From NCBI RefSeq assembly GCF_006345805.1, contig NC_043006.1, positions 21,204,001-21,268,000 on the forward strand: 64,000 nt of DNA. Reading direction: 5' to 3'. Under the pieces are notes generated by a model. The model was not told where the DNA came from and did no database searches. It was given only the letters and a program-made list of their open reading frames with translations. Origin of the DNA: Octopus sinensis. Taxonomy: Eukaryota. The position numbers and the translations under genes are program-made. Below are positions 50,916 through 63,186 of the stretch, in pieces (position 1 is the first letter of the stretch; every line of letters starts with the position of its first letter).

Positions 50916-52321
50916 CCAGCAGATTCAAACATAAATATCTGATAGCTGTTGTTTTACGCCAATCCCAGAACACCCTTTTAGATGATTATTGTTTGGATTC
51001 TCGCTGTTCTGCGTGCACCCCACGAATTACAAACGAGTACAAATATTTATAGAACTGAACAATACAATAACGTTTTGTACTATAGGAAACCCACAAATAC
51101 AGAAAAGGAAATAGTCGGTAGTTCCGAAGAGAAATAAGAAACAATGACATAATTATTTTGAAATATTAACCCTCTCAGACCTGGGCACCTGGATCTAACT
51201 TTACCCACCACCTAGGCTCCCGAGTAAAAAAAATAAATAGTTGCATATACAGCTCAAGAATAATTATTGCAGGCAAACTAATGGACACAATCGACTGCAT
51301 CTTCTTTTCCTAAGTGTGCTGTTCATTACCGCTCAACCGGGAATCCGAGAGCAAAACGGCATGACAAAGTTAAAAACCTGACTATAGTAATGCATGCTTT
51401 AACCATGGCAAGTAAATCCCTTATATGGAAAATATCTAACAAGGCGGAACAGGGTAGTGGAGAAGCATAGTACTTGAAACGAAGACCAGAGGATTGTTGG
51501 TTAAGTTGCAATAAGAAAGCCTGATCATCAGAAACTACCAAACACATATAATGAAGCAAAATACAATGGATGTTGGCGAAACATAATTAATTTACATCGT
51601 TTTTGACTGCTATATCTTTGCCAAAAGGAAATGCATATGCAAGCGTTATAGAATTGGCGCTCTCGCACATTGGAAATTTTTTATCAGCCTTATGGATTAA
51701 CTTAGAAAAGGAATGATACAAATACAGACAACAGAATGTCTCATAAGACGATAAAAATTATCATGTTCTGGCCATGCCAATTCATACAGACAGAAAGATT
51801 AAGGAAAGTCGCCCTTATATTGTTTGTGAAAATCCATCAAGGGAAACAAATGTGTCTATATGTCTCAATCGATTTTTTCCATTCGAACAGATAAGAACAT
51901 ATCGCTAAATGAAATGAAAAGAAAATATCCAAATATAAAAATGTGGAGAAACCGAAAAAGATAGATATGCAAAAATTAAAAAAATATCACGATCATACGC
52001 ATTCACAACAGACACACTCTCTTAAATATAGACATATTGGGAATGATACAAACAAATAAAAAAATAAAACAAGATTTACACATAAAGTCAATAGTTAGAA
52101 GATACCACTACTAGGCACTAATCCCGATCCAATAAAAATACATATCTACCACTTCACAAAGAACACAAGGAACACGTGTTAGGCGTTGAAAGTATGCGAT
52201 AAACTTCAAACTACTGAAATTATAATTATGATTTCGGCATTTATCCTATACATTTTTCTTTTTTTACTTGCTTGGGATCTTTTTTACTTTCTTCGGGTTC
52301 GTTAGTTCCATTGACAATACT

Positions 52322-52623
52322 GTGGAGGCACATGGCCTAGTGGTTAGAGCAGTGGACTCGCGGTCGAGGGATCGCGGGTTCGAATCTCAGTCCGGGTGAT
52401 GTGTGTGTTTATGAGCGAAACGCCTAAGCTCCACGCAGCTCCTGCAGAAGGTAATGGCGAACTTCTGCTGACTATTTCGCCACAACTTTCTCTCACTCTT
52501 TCCTCCTGCATTTTGCAGCTCACCTGCGACGGACCGGCGTCCCGTCCAGGTGGGGAACCTATACGCCAAGAAACCGGCCCTTATGAGCCAGGCATGGCTC
52601 GAGAAGGAACAACCAAAGAAATA
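52322..52623 (+). mobile_element. SINE: B-like head plus V-domain-like core
   Basis: acctgcgacggaccggcgtcccgtccagg at 52522-52550; 14-bp TSD ccattgacaatact at 52308-52321 and 52624-52637. Confidence 0.85.
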
Positions 52624-52895
52624 CCATTGACAATACTAGTGCTAGAAATGAAACTGATGAGAATGAGGAAAAAGAAGAAGAGTAGGAGGAAGATGATGAA
52701 GAGGAATATGATTACAATATTTTTATCTTGTGAGCCTAAACTGCTATTTCAGTACTCTACCAGGAATTCCCGAACAATGTTTCTAAAGTTTCGAGTGTCC
52801 AGTAATCCGGTCCATTTCCAGATATAAGTTGCTATCAAAGTCAAGGACTACTTGCTGAAGAGACCGGTGGAAGTTCACGGTCTTCCAAGTGATTA

Positions 52896-55105
52896 CACAA
52901 TGCAACACATGTTTTGTTTATTTGTATTTTTTGATGTTCATATATGCATTTTTTGCCACTAAATTCAAAAATCACATTCGTTTTGATGTAACATCGATAG
53001 TTATTTATTTATTTATTCCTAATTTCATATTGCTCGTTATGTTTGTAACTTTTCTCTACAGCACTTTGTTGGTTCAATCTATTCTAGTATTGTAAGGATA
53101 ATTACACAACATTTAGTACTTTTTCATATATTGAAAGGTATTTAGGAAGTATAATATTAGTCAGATCAAAACGAAACAATAAAGCTCTGCACTGTGAATA
53201 CCTTGATAACTCTTTTCTTAAGATGAGAAGTGCTTTGATGATCGAGATTTTCTGGAGTATATACCTTCATCTCTTCTGGCTAAAGACCATATACAATCTC
53301 CCATCATAGCAGTATCCGATCGTCCTTGGTATCTTCTTTCCATAGTTGCGATGTTCTGATGAAATCTCTCACCATGCTTCTCACTGGCATCACCCAAGTT
53401 TTCGGGGGGAAAATCTAGGTGAGAGTACAAAAAATGAATCTTTAAGGATATACGACAACCCATTTTCTTGAAGTTTTCAATAAGCTTTGCTACCAGCTGT
53501 TTGTAATTAGGATCCTTGTGATTTCCTAGGAATCCACGAACTACATCACGAAATGCACACCAAGCTTCTTTTTCAACTTTTGTCATTGCTTTTTCCAGTT
53601 TCTTCGACTTTAACATTTTATTTACTTGGGACCCAACAAATACGCCACCCTTGATCTTAGCCTCAGATAGCTTTGGAAACATAAGAAAAAATCTAAGGCC
53701 TTCGCAAACTGTTTAAACAATCCGAGTTTGATATGAAGTGGGGGTAATAAGATTTTCTTGGAATCTACTAGAGGCTGTTTGAGAACATTTAACATGTCTT
53801 GGCTGCAGTTCCACTTGTGGGGGCTAATGCACTCTCTTGTAATGATCATTATCAGCTCCGCTGTCCCATAAGCAAAGGAAACATGAATACTTTGTGTATC
53901 CCCCTTGCAAGCCAAGCAAAAAGGCAAACATCTTGAAATCACCACAAACATCCCACTTGAACTCAGCGTAATTTATTTTGTCGAGAAGTTCTTTGACATT
54001 ATCGTAATTTTCTTTCTTCTGTATGGAGTGCGCAAGAGGCAAAGAAGGATATTTATTTCTATTGTGGAGCAACACTACTTTGAGACTTTGTGTTGAGCTA
54101 TCTATAAACAGTCACCGTTCTGCAGAATCATGCTTCAGTCCAATAGCAGTAAAGAAACTAATCACATCTTTACAATAACACAGATCATTGATATTTTCAT
54201 AGTAAATTTCAAATTCTTTATGGCGTTTCCGGTACACAGATGTCTTGCAGTCTTCCCCCAGTAGATTCCATTTCTTCAACCTTGATGAAAGAAGTTCAGC
54301 TCCTGACTCAGTAAAACCCAGATCCCGGATTAAATCATGTAGCTCACTCTGATTCGGAAAGTGAGGCTCCAAAGTCGTTCTTGGTACGAAAGCTTCTTCC
54401 ATTTCTTGGCTGCTGCTACTTGTTGACTCTTCAGATGAAATATTTTCTGGTGGTAGTGGTACTCGTAAACTGTCATCATGTGGGACAGGTGCTCTAGATG
54501 GTGGTATGTCTGGATACTGAAGGGCTTGTCTTCCTGTCACTTTTCTGTACTTTGTCACATCGATCATACAAAAGTAACAGTCATCGTGATGGTTCTTTGA
54601 CTCTCTCCATACCCTTGCAATGGCAAAAGGCATTGACCTTCCTGTACCTCATGACCATCCTTCTAGAGTAGATCAACAGCTTCCTCATATCACATGTGGG
54701 GCCCATGGTTTGTCCTGGTCACCTATGGGTATTCCGAAATAGAGTCTGTACGCTATCCACAATTTGGCACCTTTCACGATCTTATGTAATACCTGCTTTT
54801 TTCCAATATAATAAACACACACAGCAAAATGTATCTGGAGGATTTTTATATACTCTAGTAGCTATCCTGAAAGTAAAGTAGCAGAACTTAGTAATTGGTC
54901 TGAAAGAGAAAATTAAGCATACATTTAGTAGCGGAACATTATAACAATACCGAATATATAATAACATTGAAAGTCGACATATTTTTTTAACTGTTGGTGA
55001 TACACAAAAAATAATTTCATTTTTGGAATCAGCAGAAACAATGGATTGATAAACAATTAAAAAAGTACAATAAACAATTTTGTTTTTGAAAATTGTTACG
55101 TTGTG
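52896..55105 (-). mobile_element. Chapaev3-like (CMC) DNA transposon, 2210 bp
   Basis: TTA|cacaatgcaaca...tgttacgttgtg|TTA; transposase motifs GDQDKPWAPH, MPFA..VWRE..NH.DDCYFC, DVCGDFKM, PPLHIKLGL, HGERFHQ. Confidence 0.9.
53218..54865 (-). pseudogene. Chapaev3-type transposase pseudogene
   Basis: ORF pieces 54112-54633, 53824-54075, 53622-53951 and 53218-53682; N-terminal KNPPDTFC.VC with the probable start codon decayed to ATA at 54865. Confidence 0.88.
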
Positions 55106-56044
55106 TTAGTCGTTTGTAGCCATTCTACTTCGAAAAGGAGAGGACTGCCAGACACTTAGAGTGTCTAGGAACAATCCATAGGATTATTCCATCCATTATT
55201 CTTGTTAATGAGATACTGGGGTTATATCTAAGACGATTACTATACAAAATTATTTTCCTTCTCATTATTATCATTACTAGTTTGATAACCATCACTTTGT
55301 TGATAGCAAGATGGTAAAATTTTTAACTTAAATTGTTTCTACATTTAAATTAGTATTTCTTATACAAAATATTTTCAATTTAAATACAAACAGGGTGAAA
55401 ACATTGGAAAGTTATTAATTTCACTTCTAATTTCATTTTCAGAATAATAGATATTATATTTGGCGCTTTTTAATTGGGTAAATTATTGAAATTTTGGTTG
55501 CCTGCTACGATGAAATCAAATTAAATTTAAAATGTTCCTGAATTTCTTTCGAAGATAATAAATCATAAACGTATGAGTAATTAAATACTATTTATCATAA
55601 AGAAGGACTGATAAATATTTTTCCAATATTTTCTCATTTTAATATAGGTCGAAAATTATTCTCTATATAAATATCAAGAAAACAGTGACGATTGTGAAAT
55701 TTGAGAAATGCTGCTTTTGACTGCAATTAGGCTGTTATTTTTAGCAATTCGAGAGAGTACGTCGGCCACGTTAACAGTGTTGGTTTTTGTAGAAAATATT
55801 ACCATATTATGACTGTTTTGTTTAACTGATACGCTATAGCCTTGTAATGTGTAAAATGATTTTCACTGGCTGCTCGGTTTAACTCCTGATACGTCATGTG
55901 ACAGTTTTATAAACAAACACTGCTCAGTCATCTATTATTTCCCACAGCTGCTGTTTTATGATGGTGGACGTCACCAATGAATTTGATCATAAATTACAAC
56001 CAGTTATTAAACCTGTTTTATTGCATTAAACAACTGTGCTTTGT

Positions 56045-56411
<367 letters not shown>

Positions 56412-56414
<3 letters not shown>

Positions 56415-56843
56415 CTCATTTGACAGTAGCCAACGGCTGAAATATTAGCACCCTTGTACTTATGATTTTTTAAGTCTGGTACTTCCCATTTTGCCAAACC
56501 GCTAAGTTACGGGGTTTTTAAACAAAGTGCGACACCAGTTGTCACGCAATGGTGGTGGGGACAAGCCTAAACATACAGGCTTCGTATACACACACACATG
56601 CACATGCATACACTGGCACACTCACGCATGCATACACACATACACATGCAAACATACATACATACATACATACATACATTTATATATTTAACACGGGCAT
56701 CCATACCTTTTCCGTCAACCAGATTCACTCCCAAATCTTTAGTCGGCCCGTCGCTAAAGTGAAATATATTTCCCTAACACAGCGCAATGGGATTTAATTA
56801 GAAAACACATGATTAAAAGCAAGCTTCTTAAGCACAGAGTCAT
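56412..56843 (-). mobile_element. Old SINE family A copy
   Basis: gccaaaccgctaagttacgggg...ttagtcggcccg... Confidence 0.6.
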
Positions 56844-56856
56844 ATATTCAGTTTGT

Positions 56857-57238
56857 GGAGGCGCAATGGCCCAGTGGTTAGGGCAGCGGACTCGCGGTCG
56901 TAGGATCGCGCTTTCGATTCCCAGACCGGGCGTTGTGAGTGTTTATTGAGCGAAAACACCTAAAGCTCCACGAGGCTCTGGCAGGGGATGGTGGTGATCC
57001 CTGCTGTACTCTTTCACCACAACTTTCTCTCACTCTTACTTCCTGTTTCTGTTGTACCTATATTTCAAAGGGCCGGCCTTGTCACTCTCTGTGTCGAGCT
57101 TAATATCCCCGAGAACTACGTTAAGGGTACACGTGTCTGTGGAATGCTCAGCCACTTACACGTTAATTTCACGAGCAGGCTGTTCCGTTGATCGGATCAA
57201 CCGGAACCCTCGTCGTCGTAACCGACAGAGTGCTTCCA
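56857..57238 (+). mobile_element. SINE family B, body type i, full length
   Basis: TSD atattc(a/g)gtttgt at 56844-56856 and 57242-57254. Confidence 0.93.
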
Positions 57239-57734
57239 CCCATATTCGGTTTGTATTTTTTTCTGCCGTACTTTAATTCTGTGTAACTTTTTTCGATAAA
57301 AATATTCTTATTCAAGAACTTATTATTCAAGTCTAGTGTTTTGTAAAAACGCCTTGGTAATATAATTTTGTTCGGTAGTAGTTTTAAGTCTGTCCTCTTT
57401 GCTTTTGAAATTTTGCAATGCCTTTTATGCAAACATAGTAGAATTTGCATATATTCATGACTTGTATTATGCATATATTAATGACGCAGTATTATGCAAT
57501 TATCATATACTATAAAGTATATTAAACGTATTTATAACTCAATAAAGCGTTCTGCTGCGTTAGCAGAGCGCTTTACATCACTAATCAAAGTCATCTCTGC
57601 AGATACTCTATAGAAATTATTGCCAGCACTAATTTTTGTTCCATTACTACAATGACGTAATTTACACATAGTCTTCTGCACCTGCAGACAGTGTCCTTCC
57701 ATATATATATATATATATAATATATATATATATT

Positions 57735-58175
57735 GGATCGTTTCGGTTTGGCGGGCAATTTTTTAAAATAATTTCCACGTAACTAAACATTTTTAAACTT
57801 CGTATACTGGTAGTATGTGTTTCTAAAACATCTTTTTCTCTTGGCTTTATTGAGAAAATTCTATAGTTTGTAAAATATTTGTTGTTTTTTTTTTCTTCAA
57901 TTTCAACCAATCAATGACGTCTATTGAGGTGAAAAAAATTCTGAGCAGTATGAATATGTCTCTGGTTTAAGAAACAGATTGGGTTTATTTACATTTCTGA
58001 AGAAAAAAAGACACCCTTCCCCCCACCCCTAACCCTAACCCTAACCCTAACCCTAACTTTAACCCTAACCCTAAAACAGATTGAAATGCAATAGATCGAT
58101 ACTAGGGTCATAATTATGGGTGACAATTTCATATGACACCGCTAGAAAAAACTGCCCTTCAAACTGAAAAGATCC
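57735..58175. mobile_element. MITE with ~30-bp TIRs carrying a (CCCTAA)n tract
   Basis: ggatcgtttcggtttggcgggcaatttttt / aaaaaactgcccttcaaactgaaaagatcc. Confidence 0.75.
58026..58073. repeat. Interstitial telomere-type repeat (CCCTAA)n, about 7 units
   Basis: ccctaaccctaaccctaaccctaaccctaactttaaccctaaccctaa. Confidence 0.9.
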
Positions 58176-58214
58176 TATATTTTTTTTTATCGTAGCCCTT
58201 TGTCCAGTGTAACT

Positions 58215-58550
58215 AACACTCCGTTTTCCTCTCCTCCGTCGCTTACAACGACAAGACGAGTGTCCCAGATGGCCCAGTCAACATAACTTCCTGATCATGA
58301 AATTAACATGCAAGTGCTCAAGCGCTCCACAGACACGTTTACCTCAACGTAGTTCTCAATGATATTCAACGTGACACAGAATGTGAACAAGACCGGCCCT
58401 TAAAAGTACAGGTACTATTCGCATTTGCTAGCTGAATGGACCAGAGCAATGTGGAATAAGGTGTCTTGCTGAAGGACACAACATGCCGCCCGATATCGAA
58501 CTCATGACTTACGATCGTAAACCGAATACACTTGCCATTATACCACGCAT
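58215..58550 (-). mobile_element. Old SINE: head D plus body type i
   Basis: Diverged reverse complement of the 50139-50466 type. Confidence 0.65.
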
Positions 58551-59239
58551 CTGTCCGGTGTATCACATGTGATATACAGGACATAGTTCCTTGGCGTCCA
58601 TGCATAATGTGTAATACACACTTCCAATTTTTCTTAGCCCCCCCCCCCCCGAGTAATTACGGAGTTATGAACAGAAAGCTTTATATTAATCAAAACGCAT
58701 GAACCAAGGAGAAGCTAAAAGTCTGGAAGCGAGCTTGGATGTCTTGACAAATTTATGGAAATGTTTTGGACAGACAATAGGTTGAATTATTGTGTAACCA
58801 AAATTGTAATAATTGTATAATTCTTAACTCTTCTTAGGGAATTATGAAGACGGCCACTATTTTCTTCAAACCTATTCTTTGTCTAAGACGATTTTTAGAT
58901 TTTCTTTATCAATTAAAATAAATATATGAGGCATAGTCTGTAAATACAAAAGACGGATGCACATAAAGTTGAAGAATTATTTAATATTTTTCATATTTTT
59001 CATATTGTAAAATTACAAAACCGTCTCCGGTTTTGCAGTTTTACAAGCTAAAAATTACTGCTGAACAAAATTATACTAAAACTTAACAAAGCACTTGACT
59101 TGCATATATAGTTCCTGAGAACTTTTTTGCAGAAAAATGCCACAGAAAATACAGTAGAAAATATAGTACTTATGTATGAGTGTGTGTGTGTGTACGCACA
59201 TGCGTATATACATATACATATACATACATACATACACAC

Positions 59240-59279
<40 letters not shown>

Positions 59280-59353
59280 TCTGTTGTGTGTGTGTGTCTG
59301 TTGTGTGTGCACGCGTATACACATATACATATGTGTGTATATATACACACACA

Positions 59354-59389
<36 letters not shown>

Positions 59390-59822
59390 GTTGAAACACC
59401 AGATATTTCAGTGAATTATTTTTTTATTAACACTAAAACTTCTCATCCCGTTTTTTTTTTGTCAGTAATTTTTTTGAATTGTGTATAAAAACAAATATTT
59501 AAGTGAAAAATAATATATTTCCCTTACGAACAGCAGAATTGAATGTTTTACCCAATGTAGGTTTTTGTAAAATAGTTTGCACAGTTGAGAAATAAGTAGT
59601 TTCAAGTATCTGATGGAACTATTGATAAAAATACATATACAGCAGACTTACTGTACGTTTTCTTCTTTTAAACTGTTACTTCTGTTATTACTTTTCTTTA
59701 TCTCTTTCCAGTCTCCTTGTCTTTTTCTTTATCTTCTCGTCACACAGTTTATTGTACCTGGGAGGTAAAATATTCATGCTTATTTGAACAAGGAATATCT
59801 TTAAATACTAAGTGTAGCTTTG

Positions 59823-60030
59823 AGACGATGAGCTGGTAGAATCGATAGCACTCCGAGGAAAAAGCTTAGTAGCATTTCATCCGTCTTTACACTCTGACTT
59901 TAAACTCTGCTGAGTTCGACTTTACCTTTCATCCTTTACGGATTGGTAAGATAGTTACCAGTTGAGCACTGGAATCGATGTAATCGGCTCCCTCCCGTGA
60001 AATTAATGGCCTTATGCTAAAATTTGAACT
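59823..60030 (+). mobile_element. Old SINE family C copy
   Basis: gagctggtagaatcgatagc...cctttcatcctttacggattggtaagatagttaccag. Confidence 0.7.
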
Positions 60031-61326
60031 CAGTACTGTGTATAACATTATCTAAATTATGTATTTGACCGCAAGCGATTATAAGATTTGAGACGCGTAT
60101 TGATCTGGATGATGAAGGGACCAAGAAATGCGATTCTCTTTTTAAAATAGAGTATTAGCATTTTCAACATGACCAATGAACCCTTAATATGTTAGATGTG
60201 TAGGCCAAATTATTGAAAATGTGGCGCATTCTTTTGGTAAGTATATTTTGTAAAATATGTCTCTCTGAGTGAATATCAGTTATGACACGACAACGTAAAA
60301 CGGATTGCATTTTTAGGTTGATGCTGAAATGTATAAAGAAGAAATTGTATAGAAATTATAGGAACAAAGTCACTTCAATATAATTTACTTTCAAGGCATC
60401 AAAATTCATTGGGATTTTTATATCTATTGCGGCCATGTATAGAGAATAGAAACTACATATGAATATTATAGAAACCCTGAGGAGGGGAGAATCACGATGA
60501 TGGTACAAGAAAGATATCTAAAAGTGATGATTTAATATATTCAGTTACGCAAGTCGTAAGATAACTGGCAGTGATTATTAAGTTCAGAACTAAACTTAAG
60601 ACAGATGATTCGGAAATACTTACTTTCTTATGAACAACAAATTTATTGAGAAAAGTATTAGAAATATACAACTGCACAATGCAATAAAGGAAAAGGCAAG
60701 CAAGTAAAAAGACATCGAACTGTAAAAAGGGAAGAAATGAGGTAAGGAATCTAGAAAAACAGTTACACTTTCTTTATTCATTTTGCTTTAATATATGGTG
60801 TTGCTACAAAACCAGACATTTCTTTTAAATTTCATTTGTCTTTCCTTCATATATGAGACGTGTTTAAAAAAAAATCACTCTCTTCTTGGGAAGTGGCATA
60901 TTCAATTTAATGGACTTCAGACATGAACAGAAACTTGTTTTATCGATTTGAGGAAGATGGCAATTATAGTTGGCTTTAGTGGGAGTAGTTCTCTTAACGT
61001 AATAAGAGAGGACTCAGTGCTACATTGTGAGTGATCCTGACATCTACGGGGTCACCATTAAAATAATTGTAACCTCGGAGAAATAAAAAAAGTATGACTA
61101 GATAGAAGCCTAAAATTTGGGTTCAGCGGACAGGCAATTATATTTTATCGCGTCAATACCTGATTTGTACTTTATTTTATTATATCTTACTAAATTTTAT
61201 CAGCATTGAAAGAATCAAAAGCAAACCATTCGAACACATTACTCAAAAGGGGATAAGAAACGCTGAGATTTGGCCAGATATCCAACATTAACATGTAGAA
61301 GATTCAGTATAAAATCGAGGCCAAAT

Positions 61327-61901
61327 TTGTATATCTGATCCTACATATGTTGTATATCTGATCCTACATATGTTGTATATCTGATCCTACATATATTGTA
61401 TATCTGATCCTACATATGTTGTATATCTGATCCTACATATGTTGTATATCTGATCCTACATATATTGTATATCTGATCCTACATATGTTGTATATCTGAT
61501 CCTACATATGTTGTATATCTGATCCTACATATATTGTATATCTGATCCTACATATATTGTATATCTGGTCCTACATATGTTGTATATCTGATCCTATATA
61601 TATTGTATATCTGATCCTACATATGTTGTATATCTGATCCTACATATGTTGTATATCTGATCCTACATATGTTGTATATCTGATCCTACATATATTGTAT
61701 ATCTGATCCTACATATGTTGTATATCTGATCCTACATATGTTGTATATCTGATCCTATATATATTGTATATCTGATCCTACATATGTTGTATATCTGATC
61801 CTACATATGTTGTATATCTGATCCTACATATGTTGTATATCTGATCCTACATATGTTGTATATCTGATCCTACATATATTGTATATCTGATCCTACATAT
61901 G
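61327..61901. repeat. Minisatellite, 25 x 23 bp
   Basis: Unit ttgtatatctgatcctacatat(g/a); 575 bp equals exactly 25 units. Confidence 0.97.
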
Positions 61902-61985
61902 TAGTGGCTACACATCCTTTTGTATTAAGAATTGCTTTATTTCTACCATGTAGCAAATTTTTAATATTGCATTACATTCGCACCG

Positions 61986-62017
<32 letters not shown>

Positions 62018-62576
62018 TCATTAAATCATAAATCCGAAATATTTATACTTAGAGTATATATATATATATATATATCAGAGTCGACTCCAGGTCATCAGCT
62101 TCACTGGGACTCATAACGGATTTCGTCACACGGGCTTATTACAGATTTCGCATAAGACACTCGAGGAATTTCACGTTTTTCTGCTTTATTCCTAGCCCTA
62201 AATGGCTTATTTTTTTTATATCTAGCACTGTCTTTCTCTATTTCTAAGTTAAGAGTAAAAATTAAACAACCCTACAAAACACAACTGATCTTTACACACA
62301 GACACACAGAATAACGGTAGTCAAAAACGTCAGCGGAGTGCACAACAAACATCAGCGATCTGACTTTCGCCTGTACTCTTGACAAGTGATGCCATTTAGT
62401 CTTTTATACCTACCAAGCTCGTTCGTATTAGCCCGAGTTGCTGGATAAATTTTCGTTCCTTTAAGAATATTGTAGAACGGAAAATTTTCATAGACTGGAA
62501 TTTAAATCCTAATCTCTACAGAAATTTATTGTTTCAAGAAAACTTTGAATTTGAATTACTTTTAATTTCTACGATC

Positions 62577-62820
62577 ATAGATAACAACTCGGGCTGTAAC
62601 GTCTGAGCCCGGGTCGGGCGGGTTTGAATGATGTCGAGAGAATGTCTGCTACAAATATTTTTTGACACAGGGCACCTCTAAGATGACCACCAGACGCTGA
62701 ACTGCGACCAGGCTCAATAAAAAGAGCCCGAGGTATTGGCTGCAATAACATACTTGCAAATACTCGCTCACTTTATTAAATTTATACTCGAGCTAAACCC
62801 GAGTGCCCGAGTTGCCACTG
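62577..62820. mobile_element. Possible hAT-like MITE
   Basis: caactcgggc (62585-62594) / gcccgagttg (62805-62814) inverted repeat, internal cccga/tcggg motifs, right end ...ccactg. Confidence 0.45.
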
Positions 62821-62839
62821 ATATATATATATATATTCT

Positions 62840-63075
62840 TTTATTTATATTAAGGGCATTACTATACATAAATGACTCGCGCTTGCAGGGTCTCTTACAG
62901 TCAAAACTACCATAATATATAAACACATTGTACCGAACTCGAGGGAATGCAACTCTCGAAGCAAGCATTTTCAATACAGAATTCAGCTGCATATTATATG
63001 ATTTCATAATTAGCGCACAAAATGCACTTTTTAATCGTCAGTCCAAGCATAATTCAAGATGCATAAAAATGTATC
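62840..63075. mobile_element. Partial copy of the 22837-23302 long-TIR element
   Basis: Matches the reverse complement of ~23070-23302. Confidence 0.8.
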
Positions 63076-63094
63076 TTATATATAATTTTTCAAT

Positions 63095-63140
<46 letters not shown>

Positions 63141-63186
63141 GTGTGTGTCTGTGTGTCTGTGTGTATGATATAATATAATATAATAT

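Larger units (their letters stand above)
49150..52200 (+). mobile_element. Decayed R4/Dong-like (RLE) non-LTR retrotransposon, split by SINE insertions at ~50.1-50.9 kb
   Basis: RRIFQ, MSHILYMRNL..YATDSKQL (YMDD region, 49430-49500), WQVNPLYGKY, RNYQTHIMK, MPIHTDRKIKESRPYIV (RLE PD motif region, ~51775-51825) and ccactactaggcact (LLGT). Confidence 0.72.

Noticed and set aside
56857-56935. tRNA gene call for SINE heads (also 7587, 17645, 39085-39160, 52322)
   Set aside because: A and B boxes are present, but there is no proper acceptor stem or terminator, and each continues into a SINE body with TSDs.
58026-58073. True chromosome end
   Set aside because: Short, internal, and enclosed by the TIRs of a MITE.
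61327-61901. CRISPR-like array
   Set aside because: Head-to-tail repeats with no unique spacers, in a eukaryotic context with no cas genes.
62075-62105. Minus-strand ctgatga next to the gagtcgactc palindrome
   Set aside because: No GAAA follows; runs into (TA)n.
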